From NCBI GenBank assembly GCA_031414535.1, contig JANNVQ010000035.1:1-23125 (forward strand): a DNA stretch of 23,125 nt, read 5' to 3'. The stretch comes from Gemmatimonas sp. GTDB lineage: Bacteria > Gemmatimonadota > Gemmatimonadetes > Gemmatimonadales > Gemmatimonadaceae. Position numbers and translations under genes: made by a program. The notes beneath the pieces were generated by a model that saw only the letters and a list, made by a program, of their open reading frames with translations, ran no database searches and was not told where the DNA came from. Shown here piece by piece: positions 9,581 to 18,368 of the stretch. The number at the start of each line of letters is the position of its first letter. Positions within the stretch are counted from its first letter, which is position 1.

Positions 9581-10783
9581 CTAGGGCCGAAGATTCACCG
9601 ATGCCTCGCTCTCAGAGAGCATGGCATCCCAGAGCGGCAAGGTCACCCCCCAAAAGAAGCGCCGCTGCACGCCCGGCCTCTTATCCCGCGCTTGGTATCG
9701 GCCAAACCAATCCAGCCCCCGCGTTCGCATCAACGGGGGAGGCCGCACGCCTACGTCGGCAAAATCCCCGGCGAAGTAGGCCCGAACCCCGCTTCCCCTG
9801 TGCCGGACAACGGCGGGAAAGCGCGCCGAGAAGCCCGCATTCTCCAGACGGCGTTTGGCATCGCCGGTGACGTGGAAATCGTACCACGCAAGCACGTTGC
9901 CGCTGTCTGTGGGCGCGGTGCCGGTGACCCAATACCAGTAGGGCTGTCCGCTGCGTACGTGGCGCACCAAGGGGTCGTCCGGCTCCTCGACCTCAAGCGT
10001 AATTGGCCACTCGGTGGTGAACTCGCTTGCTTCTATCACGACGATGCGATCGTCCGTCTCGGAGAAGATCACGATGCCCGCGCCGCGAAAATTCCAAGGC
10101 TTCCAATACACACGCTCGTAGCGTTCACGCATCCAGGGCGGAATCTCGTCGGAGCTCTCAAGATTGGGATACCACCGTCCGAGCCAGCGCAGGTAGCGCG
10201 CCCCGAGCAAGTTTCCGAGCGCCTCACCGGCGGCGCTGCCAGACGTGGGCTCCTCGAGCGTGTTGAACTCTGCTACCACGGACCCACCGCGAGCCACGAA
10301 CCTCGTGAGAGCGTCCACTTCCTCCTTCGTCACGCCACCATAGATACGCTCGGAGTGCTCAAGTTCTCCGTGGGTACTGGTGTCGTTATCCATCAGATAG
10401 TCCCCCTCGTACACCCCGTATGCGTCGGCGATGTATACCAGATTGACAGAGCTCAGCGCACTATCGCTCAGGTCTGTACCGCGCGTGTTCGTGGGGTCGT
10501 AGCCGATGTAGTCGCGCGTCGGATCCCACAGGGCATCACCACGCGGTGATACCACGCGGCGGTGCGTGAGCCACCACGTCACCCGCTCGTGTTCACGCCA
10601 TTCCGGGCGGGGCAGGGTCTTGTCTACGATGAGCACGCGGTGATTCCGCAGCGGCGTCCACTGCCACCAGATGCTTGGCGCCACCAATAAAAATAGAAGC
10701 AGGAACAGTGAAATGAGGCGCTTGATGGGCCGACGCGCGCGCGGCGGTAGAGCCTGCTCAGTGGTAAATGTCTCCGTAATCAT
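9581..10783 (-). CDS. Uncharacterised N-terminally anchored extracytoplasmic protein (400 aa)
   Basis: Basic N-terminus plus one TM helix (LISLFLLLFLLVAPSIWW), then a globular alpha/beta region (VLIVDKT, LVYIADAYGVY, FVARGGSVVAEFN). ATG 10783 overlaps the decarboxylase stop (ATGA). Confidence 0.8.
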   Translation of the reverse strand: MITETFTTEQALPPRARRPIKRLISLFLLLFLLVAPSIWWQWTPLRNHRVLIVDKTLPRPEWREHERVTWWLTHRRVVSPRGDALWDPTRDYIGYDPTNTRGTDLSDSALSSVNLVYIADAYGVYEGDYLMDNDTSTHGELEHSERIYGGVTKEEVDALTRFVARGGSVVAEFNTLEEPTSGSAAGEALGNLLGARYLRWLGRWYPNLESSDEIPPWMRERYERVYWKPWNFRGAGIVIFSETDDRIVVIEASEFTTEWPITLEVEEPDDPLVRHVRSGQPYWYWVTGTAPTDSGNVLAWYDFHVTGDAKRRLENAGFSARFPAVVRHRGSGVRAYFAGDFADVGVRPPPLMRTRGLDWFGRYQARDKRPGVQRRFFWGVTLPLWDAMLSESEASVNLRP

Positions 10784-12243
10784 GTCTCTTCCGCCGCCGT
10801 GGAGCGCAACAAGGTCCAAGCCTCATCGAGCGTCTCCTGCGTCGTGCGCAGGTTCCCGATGGCGATGCGCAGTGTGTAGCGGCCGCCGAGCTTGGTGTGC
10901 GAGATAAAAATGCGGCCGCTCGCGTTCACGCGTTCCAAGATGGCGGCGTTGTGACGCTCGAGTTCCGCCTCATCGTCCATACCGCGCGGATGATGCCGGA
11001 AGCAAACCACGGACATTTCCACGGGCGCGAGCAGCTCCCATGCGCCGGCGCCGCGGAGGGTTCGTTCAAACACCGCCGCCAGCTCGCAGTGAAAACGCAG
11101 GCGCGACTGTAATCCCTCGAGGCCGAAGGCGCGGAGTACGAACCACAGCTTGAGCGCCCGGAAGCGGCGGCCGAGTTGGAAGGAGTAATCCGAGTACGAG
11201 AGCGCCACGTCCTGCTCGCGTGTGCGCAGATACTCCGGCGTGAGCGAGAACGCTCGACGCAGCACCTCTGGATGCCGCGTCCAGAGCACCGAACAATCCA
11301 TTGGCGTGAAGAGCCACTTGTGCGGATTCACCACCAGCGAGTCGGCGCGCTCAAGCGCGGCAAACAGCGCGCGCTTCTCGGGCAACAGCGCGAGTACGCC
11401 GCCGTAGGCCGCATCGGCGTGCAGCCAAAGTCCGTGGCGCTCACAGATGTCCGCAATCTGTGGCAATGGATCGATGGCGGTGCTCGACGTGGTCCCGAGT
11501 GTCGCCACCACGGCCAGCGGTCTCAATCCAGCGGCAATGTCCGTGGCAATCTGCAACTCTAGGAGATCCGCCCGCATACGAAACTGATCGTCACTGGCGA
11601 TGCGCACGCAGTTGCCGCGGCCGAGTCCGAGCGTGATGACGGCCTTGTCTACGGAAGAATGCGCTTGGTCCGAGCAGTAGATGCGCAGCACCGGCAAATC
11701 GGCGCGCCCCGCCATGCCGAGCTCGCGGATCTTAAGGGCGGGATCGCGTTCACGCGCCGCGGCGAGTGCTTGCAGCGTACTCGTGGACGCCGTGTCCGTG
11801 AGCATGCCGAACCAATCCGCAGGCAGGCCCATCGCGTCGCGCAGCCAACCAGTCGTGACCTGCTCCAACTCGGCGAGCGCCGGCGAGGTACGCCAGAGAA
11901 TGCCCACCTGATTGAGCGCGGCACTTACCAGCTCACCGAGGATGCCCGGCACTGACGCCGTGTTGGCGAAGTAGGCCAGGAAGCCCGGATGATTCCAATG
12001 CGTGACGCCGGGCATGATGACTCGGTCGAGGTCGGCGAGGATTGCATCGAGCGATTCCGCATGGACGGGAATCGCATTCGGCAGGGCCCGCCCTAGGTCC
12101 CCCGGTGCCACACGCGCGAGAACCGGGTAGCGTTCGGGAGACCCGAGGTAGGCTGTGATCCACTGCGCCAGATAATTGGCCTGTCGCTGGAACTCTTCGA
12201 GTGGCAGGTCGCCGTGGTCGGCGGGTCGGAAGGACGAATCCAT
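10780..12243 (-). CDS. Group II PLP-dependent decarboxylase (aromatic-L-amino-acid decarboxylase-like)
   Basis: PGVTHWNHPGFLAYF, SPALAELE, AHSSVDKA, GTTSSTAIDP, WLHADAAYGG, NPHKW (PLP lysine) and LGRRFRALKLW motifs. Confidence 0.95.
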   Translation of the reverse strand: MDSSFRPADHGDLPLEEFQRQANYLAQWITAYLGSPERYPVLARVAPGDLGRALPNAIPVHAESLDAILADLDRVIMPGVTHWNHPGFLAYFANTASVPGILGELVSAALNQVGILWRTSPALAELEQVTTGWLRDAMGLPADWFGMLTDTASTSTLQALAAARERDPALKIRELGMAGRADLPVLRIYCSDQAHSSVDKAVITLGLGRGNCVRIASDDQFRMRADLLELQIATDIAAGLRPLAVVATLGTTSSTAIDPLPQIADICERHGLWLHADAAYGGVLALLPEKRALFAALERADSLVVNPHKWLFTPMDCSVLWTRHPEVLRRAFSLTPEYLRTREQDVALSYSDYSFQLGRRFRALKLWFVLRAFGLEGLQSRLRFHCELAAVFERTLRGAGAWELLAPVEMSVVCFRHHPRGMDDEAELERHNAAILERVNASGRIFISHTKLGGRYTLRIAIGNLRTTQETLDEAWTLLRSTAAEET

Positions 12244-12250
12244 TCCTCAA

Positions 12251-13537
12251 ATGTACGACGACGACGACCGGCGGCTTGATGCCGCGGTTTCCCTAGGCAT
12301 CATCTCGGCGGAGCAGGCGGCGGGTATCCGCGCGCTCACGCCCGCGCGGCGCGCGCCCGCCGCTCCGCAGCCCGTGGACGCCTCGTCCATCGGCTACGTG
12401 CTCGGCGCCATCACCGTGCTCGTCGCGATGGGTTGGTTCCTCGCCGACCGCTGGGATTGGTTGGGCGCAGGAGGCGTGCTCGCGGTGCTCGGGCTCTACA
12501 TCGGCATGTTTCTTGTGGTGGCGCAGCGTCTGCGTCGCGAGGGGTATGAGATCGCCGGTGGCTTCGCGGTGCTGCTCGCGGTGGCGATGGTGCCCATCGC
12601 GGTGGTGGCGCTCAACGAGCTCACACATTGGATCTCGCCGGAGATTCGCGCGAGCTGCCAGAATTCGCGCGTCAATCTGCTGTTCGACTTCAATCTCTGG
12701 GATTGTCGCGGGTTGGAAATCGTCGTGGAGCTCAGTACGCTCGCCGCGGCACTCTTGGCCGTACGCGCCGTGAAATTCTCATTGCTGGTAGTCCCGATTG
12801 CAGCAATTGTCCTGCGCTTCGTGTTTCATGCCGCCGCTGCGGTGTTCGGTGGTGAACTCGGCGCCGTCAGCTCTGGCTGGGTCTGGGTCATCTGCGCGAG
12901 CCTGATGACCGCGGCTGCCTATCACAGCGATCGTACGCAGCCGGACGACCACGACTTTGCTCTTTGGCTGCACGTCATAGCCGTCATCTCGGCCGCCACG
13001 GCATCGGTGACGATCCTCAACGCCACCGACAGCTACCGGCACCTGTTGCCGGGAGGCGCGGTACTGGCCTTCATCTTCTCGCTTCGCATGCGACGCGCCC
13101 CCTGGACCCTACTCGGCATGGGTTGGTTTGTGGCGTATCTGGGCTGGCTCGCGGCCGACGTGTTCCGCAACACGCCAGTGTTTCCCATCGTGCTCGCGGC
13201 GCTCGGCCTCGCGGTGATCATCGCGACGGTATGGGTGCAGCGGAACACGGCCATGCTGATTGCACGATTCGGCGGCATCGCCAGCGATGGGCGGCCCAGC
13301 TTCCCGGGCGGTGTGGGGGTGATTCTACTCCCCATCGTGGCGGCGATGATTCAGCTGCCCTTGGCGGCGCAGCTCGATGCCGCGGAGCGTCGTGAAATGT
13401 TGGCCCGTATGAAGCGCGACGAGATTGTGGGCAGGCGGCAAGCAGCACTAGCGGCGGACTCGGTCCGGTTGGACTCGCTACACCAAGACGCCCAGCGGGA
13501 GTTGCCGAAGGAAACTCTCCCTTCCCGAGTGCCGTAG
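12251..13537 (+). CDS. Multi-pass membrane protein (DUF2157-like N-terminus)
   Basis: LDAAVSLGIISAEQAAGI N-terminal motif followed by about a dozen hydrophobic segments and a charged C-tail. Start set to ATG 12251 to avoid overlap with the divergent gene. Confidence 0.75.
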   Translation: MYDDDDRRLDAAVSLGIISAEQAAGIRALTPARRAPAAPQPVDASSIGYVLGAITVLVAMGWFLADRWDWLGAGGVLAVLGLYIGMFLVVAQRLRREGYEIAGGFAVLLAVAMVPIAVVALNELTHWISPEIRASCQNSRVNLLFDFNLWDCRGLEIVVELSTLAAALLAVRAVKFSLLVVPIAAIVLRFVFHAAAAVFGGELGAVSSGWVWVICASLMTAAAYHSDRTQPDDHDFALWLHVIAVISAATASVTILNATDSYRHLLPGGAVLAFIFSLRMRRAPWTLLGMGWFVAYLGWLAADVFRNTPVFPIVLAALGLAVIIATVWVQRNTAMLIARFGGIASDGRPSFPGGVGVILLPIVAAMIQLPLAAQLDAAERREMLARMKRDEIVGRRQAALAADSVRLDSLHQDAQRELPKETLPSRVP

Positions 13538-13597
13538 GCCCACGAGTACGGCACCCGGTGCAGATTGCCGGGTATCCCCGCTTGTGAGGATTTTCTG

Positions 13598-15946
13598 ATG
13601 CTGGTGATGGGCCTGATGTTGGCGCTGCAGGTGACGGTGAACGTGGATCGCGACTCCGGTCGTGCATCCGCCGGCGTTTCCATCAATGCACCGAGCCGGC
13701 AACGCATTGCAGTCACCGACGAACTTCGGCGCACGGCGTTTCGCGACGCCAATGCGCGCGATCTCATTCTCAAGGCTCGCGCCGCTCGTCTCGAGCAGGA
13801 TTCGTCGCTGCAGTCATACGACGTGAAGAGTTACCAGCGCGTCTCGGCGGGGATGTCGCTTCGCGAGACCGCACGCGAGCGCCTCGTTTTCCGCAGTGAA
13901 AACGCGGCGCACGTCCGCTGGCAGCGAGGTATCGGCGCCCGCGTGGAGATTCTCGGCGCGCGGCAGGTTGCGCCCATCATGCAGGGCATCGGCGAGGCCG
14001 AGCAGGAAATGCAGGAGGAGATGGAATCCGAGCTGAGCGACATGCTCGCCGTCCCGTACTACCCGGGTAAAGACGAGCTTTGGCTCTTTGAGATGGTGGG
14101 CTCGTCCGATGATGAAGACTCACCGATGCTCATTCATCCGGTGGCTGAGGGCTCGGAGGCGTACTTCACCTTCTCGAGTGGTGACTCGGTAGACATTGTG
14201 CTCCCGGATGGGAAGCGCATCAAGCTGCGCGAGGTGATTGCGACGCCACGCCAAGCGGTGTGGAATCTGGTGGTGGGTTCCTTCTGGTTTGAGACGGAAA
14301 ATGCCCATCTAGCGCGCGCCGTGATGCGATTCTCCGCACCGATGGACATTTGGGAGACGGTCGAAGCGGAAGACTCCACCGCTCGCGACGAGATGCCCGC
14401 GCCCGTGCGGGCCATGCTCTCGCCGATGAAGGTAGAGATTACAGCGGTCACGCTTGAGTATGGATTATTTGAGCAGCGTTATTGGTTGCCGCGCACGCAA
14501 GGCGCTGAGGGCTACGCGCGGGTGAGCTTCATGCGCGTGCCTTTCCGGATTGAGCAGCGCTACCGCTACGAGAGCGTAAACGCGACTTCGAATCTCGAAG
14601 CGATTCCGGCGCCGCCTGCGACTGCGCGCTGGAGCGATCTGCGCGACTCGCTGCGGGCTACTGGACTCGATTCCGCTGCGACGCGGGATACCATCGGCGC
14701 CATTTACGCACGGGCCGACACCGCGCGCCGCGCGGCACGTGCCGCGGCCTGCGCGACGAATGCGACCTACACCGTGTACGAGCGGCGCGAGAACGGCGCA
14801 TTGGTGATGGCAGTGGAGGTGCCCTGTGATGCGAAGGTCCTCGCCAACTCCTCCGAGCTTCCGCCGTCCATCTACGATCGGGGGGATGAACTCTTCGGCG
14901 CCGCCCAGCGCGAGGAGCTCATGCAGATGCTCGACTTCGGCCTTCAGCCCTCGTGGGCGCCGCGCGCGCCGACTCTGGAGTACGGTCTCCAGTTCACGCG
15001 CTTCAATCGCGTGGAAGGTTTGGCTTCGGGCCTCCGTCTGGGCTCGACCCTCGGTAAAGGCTACAGCGTCTCGCTCGACGCACGCGGCTCGCTGGCCGAC
15101 CTGCAACTCAACGGCGCGCTGTCGCTCGCGCGCTCAAACGGGCGCCGCGCGTATCGCGGGACCCTGTACCGTCGCTTGAACGTGAGTTCCGACTTCGGGG
15201 ATCCGCTCTCGTTTGGGGCATCGCTTCCGGTGTTCTTCTACGCCCGCGACGAAGGCTTTTACCATCGCAGCTGGGGCGCCGAGTTTGTGAATGAAGGCGT
15301 TCCGCGCACGGGCCTGGAGTGGCGCATGTTCGCCGAGCAACAATGGAACGCGAGGGTTGAAAACGACTGGTCGCTGTTTGGTGGGGCCAACGACAATCGC
15401 TACGTCGGCAATGTTGTGGCTGACACGGGCTGGTTCTATGGCGCGGGAGTTCGCTGGCGAGGCAGCCGCGGCTTGGACCCCCAGGGTTGGCGCTTGAGCG
15501 CGGACCTGCGGCTTGAGGGCGCGACGGGCGCGATGGACTACGGCCGCGCCTTCTTGGAGACAATCGTGAGCCGTGGGCTTGGACCCGTGGTAGCCTCGGT
15601 GACGGCGGCCGCGGGCACCAGCGAGGGTGAACTTCCGGCGCAGCGGCAGTTCTTCCTCGGCGGCCTCCAGAGCATCCGAGGGCAGAGCGCGGGCACCGGC
15701 GTGGGCGAGGCCTTCTGGATGACGCGCGTGGAATTCGGGACCTCGGCGGTCGCGGTCAAGCCAGTGATTTTTGGGGACTTCGGTTGGGCGGGCGCTCGTG
15801 ATGGCTGGAGCCAAACGGGCCGACCGATGAGCGGGGTGGGCGTTGGTGCTTCGTTTCTTGACGGTCTTATCCGCATAGACCTCGCGCGGGGCATTTACCC
15901 GCGTTGGCAGACGCGTTTAGACCTCTATCTCGAAGCGCGCTTCTAG
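13598..15946 (+). CDS. Outer-membrane protein with C-terminal beta-barrel (Omp85/ShlB-like)
   Basis: Amphipathic beta-strand pattern in the C-terminal half, FFLGGLQSIRG (YxLGG..VRG-like Omp85 motif), terminal YLEARF. GAGGA RBS before ATG 13598. Confidence 0.75.
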   Translation: MLVMGLMLALQVTVNVDRDSGRASAGVSINAPSRQRIAVTDELRRTAFRDANARDLILKARAARLEQDSSLQSYDVKSYQRVSAGMSLRETARERLVFRSENAAHVRWQRGIGARVEILGARQVAPIMQGIGEAEQEMQEEMESELSDMLAVPYYPGKDELWLFEMVGSSDDEDSPMLIHPVAEGSEAYFTFSSGDSVDIVLPDGKRIKLREVIATPRQAVWNLVVGSFWFETENAHLARAVMRFSAPMDIWETVEAEDSTARDEMPAPVRAMLSPMKVEITAVTLEYGLFEQRYWLPRTQGAEGYARVSFMRVPFRIEQRYRYESVNATSNLEAIPAPPATARWSDLRDSLRATGLDSAATRDTIGAIYARADTARRAARAAACATNATYTVYERRENGALVMAVEVPCDAKVLANSSELPPSIYDRGDELFGAAQREELMQMLDFGLQPSWAPRAPTLEYGLQFTRFNRVEGLASGLRLGSTLGKGYSVSLDARGSLADLQLNGALSLARSNGRRAYRGTLYRRLNVSSDFGDPLSFGASLPVFFYARDEGFYHRSWGAEFVNEGVPRTGLEWRMFAEQQWNARVENDWSLFGGANDNRYVGNVVADTGWFYGAGVRWRGSRGLDPQGWRLSADLRLEGATGAMDYGRAFLETIVSRGLGPVVASVTAAAGTSEGELPAQRQFFLGGLQSIRGQSAGTGVGEAFWMTRVEFGTSAVAVKPVIFGDFGWAGARDGWSQTGRPMSGVGVGASFLDGLIRIDLARGIYPRWQTRLDLYLEARF

Positions 15947-15963
15947 CAGAACAAGGTCGAAAT

Positions 15964-15995
15964 GAGACCTGTGCCCTTGCGGGGGCGCAGGTCTC
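15964..15995. terminator. Stem-loop after the OMP gene, probable terminator
   Basis: GAGACCTGTGCCC...GGGCGCAGGTCTC inverted repeat 17 nt past the stop; no immediately adjacent U-tract. Confidence 0.6.
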
Positions 15996-16043
15996 GTGGC
16001 CTTTTATGAGGCTACGATTGCACCTGCCCAACGCTCTCCCGCA

Positions 16044-17351
16044 ATGTCCCCAGTCTCCACTCAGGCCACGAAGGTCAATGAAGAATACCAGGCAGAGGTT
16101 TTGCTCTGGCAGGCGCGATACCGCGCCATCTTCATCCCGCTCATCGGCTTCGCGACGGTTACCCTGAAATGGTTCGGGGTGATCTCGTCTGAGTCGCTCC
16201 TCATCACGCGCTACACTCCGCGCGAGTTGCTGGCGGCCGTGGTGGTGATGATGATGTCGTACCTGTTCGGGCACCGCCTGCTCGTGGCTTACCTCAAGAA
16301 GTCCAAGCGCGCGAGCAGGCGTATTATCATCGGGGCGATCGCCTCCGACGTGATTTTGCTTTTCGCGGGAGTGGGCCTGATGACGCCGCCCGAGCATTTC
16401 AACCGCGCGCTCATCGTCGCCATCTTCTCGGTGCAGATCACGCAGGTGTTTTTTGGTTGGACCGTGACGCTGGTGAACCTCGCGCTCATTGGTGCGGGGT
16501 ACACGGCGCTGATTGCCTTCGCGACCGACGCCGGGCGCCTGATGTTCCCCACCGAGGAGCTATGGACGCTCGTGCTGTACATCATCGGGGCGTTGATTTA
16601 CGTGGTCATGCAGGGGCACATCTCGGCGCGCATGCATCGCCTCGTGGAAATATTTGGGAAGGCGCAGGAAGGAGATTTCTCGGGACGCTTTGAAGACGAG
16701 GGCGATGAGAAGCTGCCCGATCCGGTGAGCGTCATCGGTCGCGCCTACAACCAAATGCGCGAGCGGCTTCAGGCCATCGTGCTCACGGACCCGCTGTCGG
16801 GCTGCTTCAATCGTCGCGGCTTAAATCAGTTGGCAGAACGTGAAGTCGCGCGGGCGATTCGTCAGAAGAAGGAGATCGCGGTGCTCGCCATTGACCTCGA
16901 CCACTTCAAGCGCGTGAATGACGAGTTTGGCCACCTCACCGGCGACGAAGTCCTCCGCGAGGTTGGCGACTTGCTACGCCGCACGGCGCGTGAAGCGGAC
17001 GTCGTGGCGCGTTTTGGCGGCGAGGAGTTCACCATCCTCGCGCCTGAAACGAATGAGGAGGGTGCGCTCATCCTCGCTGATCGTGTGATGGAGGCCTTCC
17101 GCACCAACAAGTTCCGCTCGTTGCCGCCGGAGTCGCGCATTACCACTAGCATTGGTCTCGCTGCTGAGTTTGCGCGCGACGACGAAGTAGCTAAGACCCT
17201 GCTCGCCCGCGCAGACGAGGCGCTGTATGTAGCCAAGCGCAACGGCCGCGATCAGTCGGTGGTGTGGCACGCTGGGATGCGGGCCTTCGATGGTTCCGGA
17301 TCGCGCGCGCGCTCGTCCGTAAGCGGGATGCTACGCGTCGCTGACGAGTAA
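16044..17351 (+). CDS. Membrane-bound diguanylate cyclase (TM region, HAMP-like linker, GGDEF)
   Basis: TDPLSGCFNRR, IDLDHFKRVNDEFGHLTGD, intact GGEEF with upstream RxxD I-site (READ), ADEALY. Start 16044 preferred (TACGAT -10-like at 16013-16018); 15996 is possible. Confidence 0.93.
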   Translation: MSPVSTQATKVNEEYQAEVLLWQARYRAIFIPLIGFATVTLKWFGVISSESLLITRYTPRELLAAVVVMMMSYLFGHRLLVAYLKKSKRASRRIIIGAIASDVILLFAGVGLMTPPEHFNRALIVAIFSVQITQVFFGWTVTLVNLALIGAGYTALIAFATDAGRLMFPTEELWTLVLYIIGALIYVVMQGHISARMHRLVEIFGKAQEGDFSGRFEDEGDEKLPDPVSVIGRAYNQMRERLQAIVLTDPLSGCFNRRGLNQLAEREVARAIRQKKEIAVLAIDLDHFKRVNDEFGHLTGDEVLREVGDLLRRTAREADVVARFGGEEFTILAPETNEEGALILADRVMEAFRTNKFRSLPPESRITTSIGLAAEFARDDEVAKTLLARADEALYVAKRNGRDQSVVWHAGMRAFDGSGSRARSSVSGMLRVADE

Positions 17352-17380
17352 GCGAACGGCGCTTTCGCGAACGGCGCTTT
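17352..17380. repeat. Perfect 14-bp tandem direct repeat GCGAACGGCGCTTT x2
   Basis: Copies at 17352-17365 and 17367-17380 fill the gap between two convergent stops. Confidence 0.85.
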
Positions 17381-18290
17381 ACCGGCCAGGGAGGCGCAGG
17401 CGGCCTTCGCCGGTGAGCACCGCACGGCCCGCGACCTTCACGGATGTCACCACACCCGCCACCTTGGTGGCGCGCACTTCGAGCAGGCTCGGGCGACCCA
17501 TTTCGATGCCTTGGTGCACCACCTGTGCGAACTCGCCGTCCGCCTTGGCATCCTTTATGGCCAACCAGCCGCCAAACGACGCGATGGCGGAACCGGTAGC
17601 CGGATCCTCAGGCACGTTGATGCCCGGCGCGAACATCCGCGCGCGCCAATGGTTCTCACCGGCGTCCGCGTCACGCGCCGCCACGAGGATCTCCGGCGCC
17701 CACGAACGCTTGAGCGTCTGTTCCCAGAGATCCTGCCGTACGCGGGAGCGCTGCACGGCTTCGACGGTGCGTAGTGGCACGAGCAGAAAGGGATAGCCGC
17801 AGGACACGGCCTGCGGGGAGAGCGCGCCGCCAACGAGATCCTTGGCATCGAGCGAAAGGATTTCGGCAAGCGTGTTCAAGGTCGGCGTCTGCGGGCCGAC
17901 TTCTGGCATCTTCGCCACCGAGAGCTCGGCCCACGCGAGCGTCTCGCCCTCGATGCGCACGTCTACGGGGACCGTGCCGATTTTGAGGTCCAGTTTGAGA
18001 TGCCCTTCCGTCGCCTCGCCCATCACCTTCTCGACGAGCGCGAGTGCCACGGCCGTCCCGATGGTCGGGTGCCCGGCGAAGGGCATTTCCTTTTCTGGCG
18101 TAAATATGCGCACCCGACGCACATGCTCCGCGTCCGTCGCGGGATACACGAAGGTCACTTCGGAGAAGTTGAACTCGCGCGTGATGGGGAGCAGCAAGTC
18201 TTCCGGAATGCCGGTTGCGTCGGGGAAGACGGCGAGCTGGTTGCCGCCAAATGCTTTGGCTGTGAAGACGTCTAGAGTGAGATAACGCAT
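17379..18290 (-). CDS. PhzF-family isomerase/epimerase (303 aa)
   Basis: DVFT...GGNQLAV, NFSEVTF, RIFTPEKEMPFAGHPT, EDPATGSA and QGIEMGRPS motifs. Start ATG 18290. Confidence 0.95.
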   Translation of the reverse strand: MRYLTLDVFTAKAFGGNQLAVFPDATGIPEDLLLPITREFNFSEVTFVYPATDAEHVRRVRIFTPEKEMPFAGHPTIGTAVALALVEKVMGEATEGHLKLDLKIGTVPVDVRIEGETLAWAELSVAKMPEVGPQTPTLNTLAEILSLDAKDLVGGALSPQAVSCGYPFLLVPLRTVEAVQRSRVRQDLWEQTLKRSWAPEILVAARDADAGENHWRARMFAPGINVPEDPATGSAIASFGGWLAIKDAKADGEFAQVVHQGIEMGRPSLLEVRATKVAGVVTSVKVAGRAVLTGEGRLRLPGR

Positions 18291-18305
18291 TGGCTCGTTT
18301 GGGAG

Positions 18306-18364
18306 TGGACGGAAGACGGATGACGGATGCGGCACGGCGCTTTGCAGCATCCGTCTTCCGTCCA
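18306..18364. repeat. Perfect 17-bp inverted repeat built from GACGGAW heptamers
   Basis: TGGACGGAAGACGGATG (18306-18322) / CATCCGTCTTCCGTCCA (18348-18364); three GACGGA(A/T) units in tandem at 18308-18328. Confidence 0.85.
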
Positions 18365-18368
18365 GGAC

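Noticed and set aside
17379..18290. Phenazine biosynthesis cluster
   Set aside because: No phzA/B, D, E or G neighbours; lone PhzF-like genes are widespread.
18291..18350. N-terminal extension of the PhzF-family ORF
   Set aside because: It is the translation of the heptamer palindrome; family homology starts at MRYLTLDVFT.
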